Of a stretch of 64,000 nt of DNA, positions 39,074-54,825 are shown piece after piece. Where the stretch lies: positions 372,001-436,000 of the forward strand of contig JBDOQK010000023.1 in the NCBI GenBank assembly GCA_040437565.1, read 5' to 3'. The notes under the pieces are model-generated. The model was not told the origin of the DNA and ran no database searches. It saw nothing but the letters and a program-made list of their open reading frames with translations. How positions within the stretch are numbered: the first letter of the stretch is position 1; each line of letters opens with the position of its first letter. This DNA comes from Albugo candida (taxonomy: Eukaryota). Position numbers and translations under genes: made by a program.

Positions 39074-39194
39074 CACTAAAGTATCGTACCGTGCATCACA
39101 ATATTGTACTTCAATATGCAAATCTTTTATTTTGATGTAAAGTCGTCCTATTAAGCGACACTTTTCAATCTGTCGAATATATCGAACGACGTCC

Positions 39195-40765
39195 ATGTTG
39201 ACCGAACGCACGGAAAAACTGTCCATCCTTCCACCCTCTTGTCCTTTTGATGTAACAGACGTCGAAGAAAGCGAAAACATCATTCCCGCGGATCGTTTAT
39301 TTGAAATCTTACTGAGACACGTCCTCTCCTATTTATCGATTCAAGAGCGTTGGGATCGAGCTTTCTCTGTTTGTAAGCGATGGAAAACGCAGTGTGTTGC
39401 ATCGTTATATGAAGAGTCTTACTTGGATTTGGTACGTGTTCCAAGCGCATTGTTGAAGTCGCTGGCAATCGGTAGTTCTTCATAGACCTGGTGCAGCGGA
39501 GCTATGGCCAGTATCGTCCAACAAATGGATCAGGATGCCGATTTCTTCAGACAGCACTCCAAGTTGAAAGGTGTCGCTTTAGCTGGGGCGTGTATCACTC
39601 GCAATATTGTCAGTGGCTTGGTCAAGATGATCGCGATGAATCTCAAACATGTCACAATTGAATCCAGACATGTTGGTGATGACGCGTTGAGAGAGTTGAC
39701 AGGATGTAGACGGATAGAAACTCTCACACTTCATTGCATTCGGCTCGAGAGTACTACCATGGTCGAAATATCGAAAACTTGTCCATTTCTTCGTAATATC
39801 GATATTGCCGGCTGCCCATACATCGACGATGAAGCGATATTGGCGATTGCTAATAATTCTCATCGGCTTGAGCAACTCAACATTGCATGTTGTTATCGTC
39901 TCTCATCGGCAGCAATCACGTCTATTGCTATGCGTCAATCTCGCACACTTATTGGTCTCAATGCAGATAAATGCATGCAAGTAAGCCTCAGACTCGTAAC
40001 TTTTGGCTTCTCATTCGTCTCATTTAGTGTTTGTAGATTTCTGGAACGTCCGTACGACAACTACTCGAGCAACAGCCTCAATTGACGCATCTGTCGTGCA
40101 CATACTGTCCAAAAATATCCGGAAGAGCTTTCCATACATGGCAACATCTTTTATCTCCCAGAAAGTCGGAAATGGGTGGAATGCATTCACTTTGCTTCAC
40201 AGGCAATCTGGCCATGGACGATTTGGGACTTTCTACTATAATAAAGCACTATCACTCAGCTTTGGAGGTTCTTCATGTAGGATCGCTTCCAAAAATTGGC
40301 CCTGTATCAGTCCAATCGATCGCACAATGTAAATTTCTTCATACACTTGATATAAGTCGATGTGGAACTATCACAGCCAACGATTTCATCACAATCATTC
40401 AGTCATGTGGTCCGCGTTTGACGAGCCTTAATGCCAATGTATGCTGTCAGCTTGACGATCAAGTTTTGGTGTGTATCAGCCATTTGTGCACAAAACTCGA
40501 GTCTATACTATTGGAATTCTGTTACAACATCACGGATTACGGTCTAATTTCATTGATTCGAGGCTGTGTTTACTTAAAGTCACTTGTTCTGAAAGCTTGC
40601 AATCAGCTTACGGATGCAAGCTTTGAGTATCTCACACAGCATAAGGCTGAAAAGTATCCAATTGAGTATCTTCACATAGGTGCTTGTATGAAGTCAGACA
40701 TGCTTGTTCATGTGATTGACATGGTACAACATCGTTTTCCCAATTGTCGGATCAATTGGTCCTAA
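39195..40765 (+). CDS. F-box/leucine-rich repeat protein; exons 39195-39431, 39486-39980, 40037-40765; ~486 aa
   Basis: F-box-like LLRHVLSYLS.QE....FSVCKRWK followed by Cys-containing LRRs (LDISRCGTIT, LLEFCYNITD); two in-frame GT-AG introns. Confidence 0.88.
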
Positions 40766-40867
40766 ATAAGTAAATACATTGCGCTCTTCTTTCCCGCGCA
40801 TCTGCGAACTTAACGTGATGCTAAAGTACGAGTGCGAACGTAAGGCATCGACGCTACTGCTGCTCAA

Positions 40868-42627
40868 ATGATCACGATGGAAGGCGCGAATGCGCGCGAT
40901 TGGGACACCAAGACGACTTGTACTAGAGTACTCTACATTGATAAAATACCCTTTTATTGGACGGAAGAGACGTTGAAGCGCACTTTCGATTCGTACGGAA
41001 CTTTTTCCAAAGTTCTACTGCTTCGAAAGCGGAATTGTTTCTATTCCGCGTATCAAGAATCGTCCATCCAGCGTCGAATCAGCTTCATACAGGCGTTAGC
41101 ACAAGTCGAATATGTCGAAAACTCTCAAAATTTGATAGAATTGTGTCGCCAGAACCCGACAACGACGGAAGAAGGCGAGGCTTTGCTGATTGATGTTGCT
41201 AAAGTGGCCGAAATTCGGGATCATAACGACACAAATTCTTCATCTGACAACGACCATAGAAATCGAATCCTTTTGGTCACTATTCAGAATCCATTGTATC
41301 CAATCACAGTGGAACTTATGTCGTCCATTTTCTCTCATTTTGGAAAAGTGGAGAAAATTGTCATTTTCGAAAAACCAATTGGATTGCAAGTAAAGTACAC
41401 CATATCATGTGATTGTATCAGCTTACAAGGAATCGATTCCTTTATGGATTATAGTGCTTGATACAGCTACGCTCCGTGGAAGACGCGACAGCAGCCAAGA
41501 AGGTGCTAAATGGAGTCAACATCTTTCCGGATTGCTGCTGTCTAATCGTTCACTATTCAAAGCTTCCCGTACGCAGCGATGATAATCATAATCCGCGACC
41601 TCCTTATAACTCTATCACTTTGCACTTTTTTGTAGCAGGAGCTTGTCGTGAAGACAAATGGACCACGTACATGGGATTATACAAAGTCTGATGCTTTGAA
41701 TCCAGCTGATGGCAAACACGATGATGCCTCTCTTGAATCTTCCGAGGAAATGACCAAATTGATTTCCGCTACTGCAAATATGGCGAAAATCGATCAAGAC
41801 ACAGAATCCTCTGTTCTCTTTGTATCAAATCTTCGCGAATTTATTACGTGTGATCAGCTCTTCAACTTGTTTTCGTGTTATGGAAACGTCGATCGAGTCA
41901 AAAAATTCAATTCCAAGCCGGTACGCCGCTATTTCTCTCAAAGTGTATTTCACATTAATTTATAGGATCACGCATTGGTGCAATTTTCCACTCCTTCATT
42001 TGCTCGATCTGCACTTTTACATCTTCGTGGATTCACGCTTTTCGGATGTTCGCTGGAAATCACATTTTCCAAGCATGCTTACATTAATATTCGTGCTGGA
42101 TCGTCCAAGAACAAGTAGATTACACAGATGATCGCGTGTCATCTTGCCTCCAATGTTTATGTTTAGATCGACTGGAATGATGGAATATGGACACAGCACC
42201 AATCGATTTACTGGGAAGTTTGCAGGCTTTAGTAAACACATCAATAGTCCCACAAAGATTTTGCATTTTTCAAACTTGGACGAATCGAGCAAAGAAGAAG
42301 TGCGTTTCTATGGCGCTGCAGATCCTTGTGGTACTATGCGCTAAACTGCGTGTTATTTATTACAGGCACTTCGAGCTCATCTACTTGTCCACGCAAATGT
42401 GGCCAATTTCCGTCTCAAGCTTTTTGCAGTGAACGGCCATTCTCAGGCGTTAGCAGAGGTAATACAAACACAATTCAATCGTACATTCCAACTTACGTGA
42501 TTTTCTGATGCAGTTTCAGTCAATCGACATGGCCACCAACACATTGGTTTCGGCACATAACACTTTATTGCATAATCGACGACTGAGAGTGGCATTTTCA
42601 ACTCAAATTGTTAGCAAATGGCCGTAG
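40868..42627 (+). CDS. PTB/hnRNP L-like multi-RRM splicing regulator; 7 exons (40868-41389, 41455-41568, 41636-41920, 41966-42114, 42167-42299, 42366-42458, 42514-42627); ~469 aa
   Basis: NRILLVTIQNPLYPIT...F..FGKVEKIVIF, LNG.NIF..CC.L...YSK, VLFVSNL...LFNLFSCYGNV.RVK, SPTKILHFSNL, LRVAFS; six GT-AG introns keep frame. Confidence 0.9.
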
Positions 42628-42750
42628 GAACACATGCAAGATGCAGATTGTCAATAGGAAAAGAGAAGCTGGATACTCTCACAGAACAATTACAATTTGC
42701 ATCGATTTGATGTATTATGAGCAAAGCGATACAAAAGCTGAGGTCTGACA

Positions 42751-44903
42751 TTATGAATCAATTGTCAGCACATTGGCATGCATCTCACTGATCGTCGTGG
42801 TGTTTTGAGGTTGAAGCAGTTCATTTTGCGCGAGTTTCAGCTTACATTGCAATAAGCTTTTCAATTGCTCAAATTGCTGGCATTGTATTTGAAATTGCTG
42901 TGCGTTCGCCTTCAAATTTTTTTGCTGCTTTCTCAATTCTTTGGTCAGAATTTCTTGCTGTCCGATTTTCTGCTTGTACAAATCCTGGAACGTTCTGATA
43001 TCGCGTAATAATTTCCCATTCCCTTTTTCAAACTCAATTTCTTGTTCGATTTTCTCGACTTTTGCCTTCTCAATGGAAATGAGGCAATGAAGCGTATGAT
43101 ACTGAGTCTCTTCTCGCAGACAATCTTCCTGGAACGCATTGCATTCTTGTTCTAATTTGATGCGTTCCGTCTCCATCCCAAGCGCTACATTTTCATATTG
43201 TGTCTTTTTTTCGATATAAATTTGCTCGATTTCCTGGAAGCATTGTCGTACTTCACGAAGCTGTTTGATCTGAGGAGCCAATTCGTTTTTTCGTGCTTGT
43301 AAGGTCTGATTGATTTGTCTGACGATCTGAGATATTTCTTCGAGTGTATCGCCTTTTTCCTCATTCAATTGCGCATTCTTTCTGGAAATATCGTCCAATT
43401 TATCTTTTGTCTCGAGGAATCCCACAACTCCTTTTTTTATTTCAATTTTTTTGAGAAATTGATCCAAATCCGATAATTTCGACTTCAGAATTTGTTCGGT
43501 TCGATGCAGAATCACACACTCTGTCGAGATTTCGGCGGCTTCGGCCTTCAACTTTTTATATTGAGCCGTCTTGCTTCGTAATTGATTTGCATATTGTTTG
43601 AATTCTTCGCGTGACATGAATTTGACTCCTTTTGCACTGGAAAAATCGCTGACTTTCCTCTCGGTAATCTCGAGTTGTTTGGTCAGTTTGAGCTTTTCCT
43701 GCTTTAATGATTCCAATTGCTCTTCTTTTTCGCTCAGTTTCTTTGACTGTACGCTTGCGTGTTGGCGGAAAATTGCGAGTTTATCATCTCCGCATTGTTT
43801 TTGTGCTTGCACAATATCGCTTCGTAATCTTTGAATCGACTGCTCCATACTCTGAATCTCTTGATCCATCTCGCGAAGATCAGCTTCTGATTTCGCCGGT
43901 TCCTGTAATGCTTTCTCCAGCCTCTGTAGATTTTCTTGCTGTACTTTCATTTCTTCTGGAAATTGATGGATTAGAATTCTGCGATTTTTTTCGACTTGCA
44001 ATGTTAAATGCTCCAACAGCTCCTCAGGCGATGTGTCCTGGCTAAGTGAACGCTTCACGTCGCCTAATTTCGCTTCAGTTTCAGTCACTCGCTTCTCCAC
44101 GTTCGTCAACGCCATCATTTGCTCGCGTTTCCGATCATGCAATTTCGCCTGCTCTTCCTGCTCTTTGCGGAGTGCGCTACTGGCCTTCAAAATTGCCTGA
44201 AAATTTTCATCATTTGCGGTTTTCTTCTTAATGGTTGAAATCTTCTCTTCGAGTTGATGGGATTCTTGCTCTAATTGAGATATTTCTTTGTGTAATTCAC
44301 CAGGTCGCGACCTGACATTTCGCAATTGATCGACGTCTTTGTGTACTTGTTTGAATTCATCCTGTAGATTCTTAAAGTGATCATAGAGTCCAGCCAGCGC
44401 TGGGCAGATATCATCAGTGATCGAAAAATACCAGACCGAGCTTCATACCTTGATCCATAAAGAGCTCCTGAGGGACATTGACCGAGACCAAATACTTGGC
44501 CAAATACGCTCTTTTTTGATGATGTGCAAGATTTTTCAAGGCCCAATGCAAAATCGGGTAGACAACCCCGCGATAGCCCTGTACGAGTCCATCCCGAAAG
44601 TTTTCCATGTCGCTGGACCTACAGCTCGCTACTAAAGCACGTGTTGCACAAAATGTCGTTCAGGACTTACGAGGAAGGCAGCGGATATCGCAATAACTGA
44701 AGAGATTCGAGCATCCGAGCAGCTCTGTCATCATCCGCTTCTGTTCGAAGATCGACCGCATGTTTTGCATCGATATGCACAAAGACGGTGTTAAGAATTT
44801 GCAGCAGTTCAAAATTATTTTTCTCATCAAATGCGACCAAAGTCAGGTCGAGTTTGAACGGCTCCTTTTTCAAGTGATCGACAATGAATTGGAGCTCCGA
44901 CAT
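42751..44903 (-). CDS. IFT81: Intraflagellar transport protein 81; exons 44903-44671, 44618-44449, 44399-42751; ~683 aa
   Basis: MSELQFIV..L..EPF...L.L..FD CH-like N-terminus, YPILHW, KRAYLAKYL, DDKLAIFRQ.A, EEFK.Y.N.LR.K...YK, long coiled coil. Confidence 0.93.
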
Positions 44904-45007
44904 TTGAACACGACACTTATAAGCGCATGCGACCTCTTAGCGAAAAATCTCTTTTTTCTATTCAACACATATGTCTCATAATGCCTCAAAATCAAACAAG
45001 TAAAAAG

Positions 45008-48000
45008 TCACGAGGCGCTGACGCCTTCCCTAACGAATCAAAAACAACGACAATGAGAAGAGAAATCAGCTGACAATTATACAAAACGTACTTTCGAAAA
45101 GCTTCCGCGATGCGATGTGAATCAAAAGTGCAGTGAATATTCACAATTTCCCGTCCCTGTAGACTCAAAATATCGCAAGATTCTTCGGTGACAATTTGAC
45201 TATTGCGAAGAATACGATACGTTGTCGTAGTCATCACAACAGCGCTTTCATCCTCTTCGTCGATGATTATACGCAGCACACGTCCACTACAGCGCTCCAC
45301 TGTCTCATCTCGAAGCTTCCAATAATCGCAAAGGCGTTCATATCCGTGAAATTCTCCCCAATACGGAACGGAATCGGGAAGATTTGAGCTTAGAATACAG
45401 CGCGATGCAATTGATTCGAGCTTTTCTTCGATCCAAAAGCCCGGAGGGAGCTCAAATGGCGTTTGATACTTGAGATCTGGTCCGAATAGCGTCTCGTAAA
45501 AAGAAGAGATGACTTCTTTCATCTCACAACGAGTCAATCGATCGAGAGGCCGAGGACGTGTGTGCGAGCGTGGTTCCAATGCCGAATTTGACTTTTTCAG
45601 ATGATGCGCGCCCGATGCTGAAAGACACGCTGATACTTGTGTGAGCCAAGTCGAACGCGTCGAGACAGAATCCACGAGAAGCCAAAGCATTCCATGACCT
45701 TGAGTGTTGATTTGAAGACCAAAGACATTGAGTTTGCCACCGACCGAAGTCGGAATTCCATCTGTCACACTGAGCGGTCGAACTGTTCCACGCACAAATG
45801 TGCGATCTCGTGCATGCGCTTCACTCACGTAATAACTCAACGTGCCTTCCACGCGATTGAGCACAAAGTAACATCGTTCCCACACGTGACGCTGTCCTGT
45901 TTCGGGCATTCTGCTCTTGTACATGTACCCGCTTGTGATCGCATTTAGTCGTACTTCGTCCGAGACCGCGGGAGTGGTGCTACCTCTTGCGGAGTTACAA
46001 TTCGATTTTGTGAGAGGAACATCCACAACGTGAACTCCGCCATCATGATGAACGTATTCGGAGATATCTTGTCCTTTGGATGTGTCGACGATGACAATAC
46101 TTCCCATTAATGCGTGGCTGTCCTGATCCGGGTTGAAAGGCTCATGAGACAGCGCTAGATACGGCTGAGCTTGCTTCGTTACTAAATTTGGTGTGATCAC
46201 AAGTGATTTTTTCAGTCTTTTGAGCATAGAGTTCCATCCAAATGTTTTCTGTTGTGATTCACATTGAGCTGTACCCGCTGTTTGTGATCGTTGTTGTTGT
46301 GTGTATACTCGTTCGGGGACTTTGATCACGGAGCCTAAGCGCATGGGATGTCGAAACATTGGCGATTGAAGCACTTGTTTGATGTAATAGCTCGAGCTCC
46401 TTGACTCCTCTTTGCCCAAATTCTCCTTAGACTCTGTCGATTCCGTTGCGCTTGTAGCCGATGCCTTTTCATTCGATTCTGTTGACGAAAGTCTCTCCTC
46501 ATGATTTTCCATACCGCCACTTTGTTCCGTTTCTGAGCCAGAATCGCCTTTTTCAGACGATTTTGCGTCGCTCTTGATACTATTTCCGCGAAGCCGCTGC
46601 CATAAAACATTGCGGCTGCAATAAAGCATAACTTCCCGATTGTTAGCACTCAGTACTTTGGTTTCAAACACACTTGATATCGCTTCATGGACAAGAGCTG
46701 CATACACTCCAAGTTCCGGAACTTGATTTGCTCGAACCAAAATGTCCAAAATACTCGTTTTCTCTTCCCCATCCAGCAAGTCTGCGGTCAGCGAGCAATT
46801 CCTCGCGCGTGTTCCATTCTCATCGCGCAGGATGAACGTAATGGAAGGTATAATATGAATCAGAAGCATATCGGATGTCGATTTCTTCTCTAAAAGTGCA
46901 AAATATCGACTGATTAACTCTCCTTCGTGAAGTGCTTTGTTCACTTTCGGTTCATCCAATTGTACGATTGTGTACAAATACTTTGCGACGGCGACTAAAA
47001 CTGAAGGCGAGTGGTTTGAATTGAGATGTTTGGCAAAGGCTTTGGCTGTCATTTCAATCGCTGGACTCACTTGCATCCAAAGGTTATGCTTCTCAGAGAA
47101 TGGTTTCAAACTGTACATGGACGACTCCATTCCTGAGCCAGCTCGAGCCATGACTGCACACGAATCAGCTGCGCTGACAGGGGAATGGTCGCCTTCTGCA
47201 TGTGAAGAAGAGTCTTTATCGCTATTGTCACTTTCGTCACAGGGAGATTCGGAGGTGTCAACGGCGCTTTCGTCGGCATTCTCTTCTTTCTGCTGATTCG
47301 ACCGATACAGCTTTTGGTATAAGAGCACAATTTCCGTCGCAACATCGACCAAAAATACTACAAACAAATGGACATTGAGTCATCTCAAATGCGTGTATAG
47401 TAAAGCAGCATACCGCTCGAATTCAGCTTTTCATCTCGCAATTCGATTTGCTCGAGCTCTTGCACTGCATGCTGTAATATAGATCCAATTATGTCGTTCG
47501 TTTGGCTCAATTGTTCCAAAAACATAAATTGTAAGAAATTGTGGTATCCATGCGACATAGACTCAAAGCCTCGAATGGTTCCAAACTGATCGCGGACAAA
47601 ATATTTCGAGAGCACGATACCACCTTCGCGCCGACAAAAAGCCCCCAGCCGATCCGCTTGATTTGCTTGTAAGAGATCGACAAGCAATTGAGCAATATTT
47701 TCCGTTTTTTCTTGCGTGTAAGGCTCGGAATAATCCAAATTCTGCGTGCTCTGTACAAGACACGGAAGAATCACTTCCATCGCATCATTTTTGGCAGTAA
47801 TTGGATGAACACTCTCATAAGACTGCAGAATGAGTATCAGCATGTACTTGACCGTGCTTGAGTAGAAATGAGGAAGAATTTTAGGAAGAAATTGTTTCAA
47901 CACGTTTTCCACATATCCTTCCTCTAGACAACTGGCATCATGCAAACGTACAAGTGCCTTACTATAAAACAATAGCTGCATTTCATCCAGTGGCGCTTCC

Positions 48001-48686
48001 TGGTCGAATATTGAAAATAGTAATTGCCACTTGATGAGGTCTTGAGGCTGTTGACATCCAAAGACACAATTATGCTTCAGTGAATCAGCGGAAGAATCTG
48101 ACGAAAACGACTCGTAGAGATCGTCATCACCAGAATACAGTCTCATGACGATTTCTGAGCACAAAAAAAAATTCTTGTAGTAGCCGTATTCTTCATGAGG
48201 GACACCTTCGAAGACGGGTTTCTTCACAAATTCCCGTAATACATGAAGCACGTTTTCAGACTGCATCAGCCAGCTGCGTACTTCTGAATCTATATCGTCT
48301 AAAAGCTCTGAAAAAATATCTAAATCCATTCCTAAAAGTTTCTCGACACTCAAGTCTGAAAGTATCTCATCATAAGTACCATTTAGTGTGGATCGCCGAC
48401 GATTCACAAACTTTGAAAGACTTCCAGCACGGCCCCCTCTTCTTGAAGCAAGGTCTATCTCATCTAAAGAGAAAGACATGGGCATTGATGACGAATTGGG
48501 ATGTGAGTTCGGACTGTGGCCATTAACGCCTACTTTCGCATTCTTTGTAGGCGATAATGCCATTGGAATGATTAAGCTGTCTTGCTCTACGATTGGTTTC
48601 TCATCGAAAGAAAGATCTTGTTGAGGATCTAATCTTTTGCATGCTGTCGGGGCTTCCATCTCCGGAGTACTGCACGTTTCACTCAT
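45008..48686 (-). CDS. SAPS (SIT4/PP6-associated)-like helical region + PH domain + C-terminal SnoaL/NTF2-like domain; exons 48686-47414, 47357-45092, 45029-45008; ~1186 aa
   Basis: SAPS-like: LSVEKLL..D...EL, Y..FFLCSEI. PH: SGYMYKS..WERCYFVL...LSYY...W. SnoaL-like: VPYWGEFHG..IIIDEE..AVV..REIV.IHCTFD..AEAF. Introns 47358-47413 and 45030-45091 in frame. Confidence 0.75.
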
Positions 48687-49299
48687 CTGTAAAGTCTAAA
48701 AACAAATTTGCTCATTTAAATCGCGTGAGAGAGTATACATATAATGACGTATAGTTCGGACTCTTGTGTGTATACAGAATGTCCAATATTCCTTCTCAGT
48801 TGTTATAAAACATGACAGTTATTAAGAATGCATCGGCTCTTTCTGCCGGACGCTTTGATTCTTCACGAAGGATTCAGTAGCTACTCAATAAAGAATCAGA
48901 ATGCGTGAAGGCCAGAGGAGGTTTCGGAGGGGATTGTCACACGAAAGCAAGCGTTTAATTTCTCGTTATTATTCGATCTTAGGAATCTCACCGATCCGGG
49001 CGAAAGTACCTCACCCGTCGAGGCGAAGAAAGCTCTACTAAAGTTTGTTAGATCAGATCGATGTATATGATGCATCAATGGACACAAACTCTTTGCATCG
49101 GAGAGTCAAGGTCTTCCACCATTGAAATGCCGACCGAGCAAGTAGCTTTATTCCTTGTAACACTTCCCAGCTTGCTTGTTATCGCGCAAGTGCATGACGA
49201 GCCTTATCTTCCTCGATATTGAAAATACGTTTTCTTAATAAATTCCTCGCTTGCCATAACATATTTTCGAAGAAAGTAAGCTCAATTGTCGAGATACCG

Positions 49300-50800
49300 C
49301 TATACTACAGAAATGGATTTCTACCCAGTCGTCGCCAGCACTACCTATCGCCCGGTTTATAATGCAACATTCCAGTCAAACCCAAGCCGAGTGGGCCAAT
49401 ACTTGACTTAATCAAGTGGATATAACTGAAGCGTAAAATAAATCTTTGTATCATCAGATACCACCCATACTCGTGGGATGTATCTCAGGGAGCATATAAA
49501 CGCAGCGATGATTAGTGTAGGTTCTCGCTTAGATCCTCACACTCAAGCATCACCAACACTTTTTTGTTTAGAGCTAACAAGAAAGCCATAACAATCAATG
49601 ATTGGAAGATGAATCCCGTCGCAAGACTTCTCTCTCTCTATGTGCAGTTTAGTTCGCTGGAGAGATGTCTGGAAGAGTACAACAATATGGCCTTCTATGA
49701 AAAGCCGCTGCTTGATTGCACTAACGCTCAGTATCATGTGGCCATGATTATAGCTTTAGACGATAATTTATATATCCTCGGACCAAATACTTTGTTCTTG
49801 CTACACTTTTCTCGTTCAAACTTCTGTGACTGAGAAGGCTGTTTGTAGGACAACTCGATTGTGACTTCTTGTATTGGGTATACAAAGAATCCGCCCAGCT
49901 GATCACGTCAAAACCTTCTCTTTGTGTATGAAGGTGATACACGACGCGTAGATTCGGCCTTTGTAGCGTCTTGAGACAAATGATATGAAAGAAGTATACA
50001 TAGGGATTTTTCGAATGATCTCATTTGTAAAAAGCTTGTAACAAAAGCTGGCTGATATCGGTACAGTCCGCTTATTTCCTAAGGATGATCTCAATTACTT
50101 TACACCTAAATAAATGTATACATAGGCTTAAATGATTTTACGGCTTAATCATTTCATGTACGAAGTAATTTCTACTCGGCATAGTCGCCTTCCTATCTGG
50201 AAAGATCATTGCTGGTGCCATGCGATCGCACTCACCTTACAGTCGTGTTCATCAAATCGGGCTAACCAACTCGTTCGAGATTTTTTAATTGATCACATGC
50301 TGTAGAAAGGCCCTTACTACGGATGAGCTTTTTACATTAGTTTCAAACGCTCGCAAGTATTTCATGTGGTCTTTTATAACATTCAAATAGCCTAAACACT
50401 TGAAGTATTCAGTCAATATTCTCGCAATATAGGCACCTTTAAGTGATGCTACGCGATTGATAGAAGATAAGAGCTCAAGAAAGTCATCAGTTCACGGATG
50501 GAAGATTGGAGCTAGCGTAAATCATCAATCAACGAAAAGTGTACGAAAGCTTGAGCTCCTACAATCTCATCTAATCGTCAGAATCTAAGGTTGAGGTCGA
50601 CAGTGCAGACAAACACTGGCGTTCATGTATGATAGGCGAATTCTTGTTGATAGTCCGCTCTAAAGTACTTTCTTCAGTACTCTCAGCTAGGTGTAGACAC
50701 GCGGGTCTAGTCAAAGCGTATTATCAATTGACACTAGCGAAATCACTGATATTGTACAGGATTTTGTTGGAGTCCTCCGAATTTAATGAAGATGGAATGA
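49300..50800 (+). mobile_element. Eroded Copia integrase-RT remnant
   Basis: EEYNNMAFYE, CIGY and RHAGLVKAYYQ (cf. RYKARLVAKGYSQ) echoes in order. Confidence 0.3.
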
Positions 50801-50846
50801 AGAACGACGAGACATGAAACATATTTATTTATTCAACATGACATCT

Positions 50847-51899
50847 CTATAACGATCTCTTGATCATAACCATTGCGGCAGCACCCAACGTAACACCTAG
50901 AAAACCGCGGAGAAAGTCTTCGGAAAGTTGTAATGTAACATATTCTGAAGTCAGATACATTGAGACTACTAGGGAAGCACCAAGTCGTAACGAAGTTGGT
51001 AAATGAATCGTTTTGGCTTTGATGTTGTACCAGGCAGCCGCCGTTGCAGATGGTACTATGCCCAAAAGTGAAGTCCCGATGATCGCTTCTTGAGGCATAT
51101 CGCTCACGACTGTGAGGTAGGAAGTTATCAGAATGCCTCCACCAGTTCCGCACAACCCTGAAATGAATCCAGAGGCAGCTCCTGCAACTAAGTACTTGGA
51201 ATTTATCCGTAAGAAATTCAACAGATCATTGGACGCGTCCGCCCAAAATGCTGCAATGCTATCAGACTCGTTGGGGAACGATTGAAGATCGAGAGGATGA
51301 GAGATTCCATTAAATTTTGGTAGGTGACCACTCTGCTTAAGAAAAATTAGCGGGGAGGCTGCTACCATTACGATACCTCCAACGAGCGATAAGCGCTTAC
51401 TGCTCAAGTTGTGAGCTAAACGGACTCCGTAACGAGAGCAGAAAATTGCTGGCAATGTCGTAAGAAATGCAATCGGATAGTTACAAGCACCTTGACGAAA
51501 GTAATTCCAGGATCCAACGGCTGAGCTCACTGTAATTGCACCAATGGACGTTCCATTAACAATCTGTTGCGAGAAAGTTGTCCACTTTGCCAGCACCTAC
51601 GAACAGCATTCATCAGGTTATTCCAATAAAAAAATTAAACATCCATACGGGAATTAAGACCGTGCCTCCACCCAAACCTGTCAGCGCCGATAGCACTCCA
51701 GCACAACCTCCTGAAATACAATAATATGATTACAATGTCTGGGATTTGAAAGAAAGCTTTTCCAATGACCTGCTATAATAGTAGCGCTACGTGAAATGGA
51801 CTTGGTGCTCTCAACGCTACTATTTGACTTGGAAGTCATAAATACGCGCCGAGTTCGAAATTGTTTCAATTGAACGGCACGGCTTCCAAGTCGAAGCAT
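50847..51899 (-). CDS. TauE/SafE (sulfite exporter family) membrane protein with putative mitochondrial presequence; exons 51899-51770, 51710-51649, 51596-50847; ~313 aa
   Basis: Duplicated TauE motif: G..AG.LS.LTGLGGG.VLIP..QQIVNGTS and GAASGFISGLCGTGGG.L..Q.AIIGTSL; multiple TM helices; Arg-rich, acid-free N-terminus. Confidence 0.88.
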
Positions 51900-51948
51900 T
51901 TTGTGCTGTCTTATGCAAATGATAAAGATGATATTGGTGTATTGATAT

Positions 51949-54825
<2,877 letters not shown>

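Noticed and set aside
39074-39283. 70-aa N-terminal extension of the PhyH ORF
   Set aside because: Overlaps the antisense F-box exon 1 and lacks PhyH-like character
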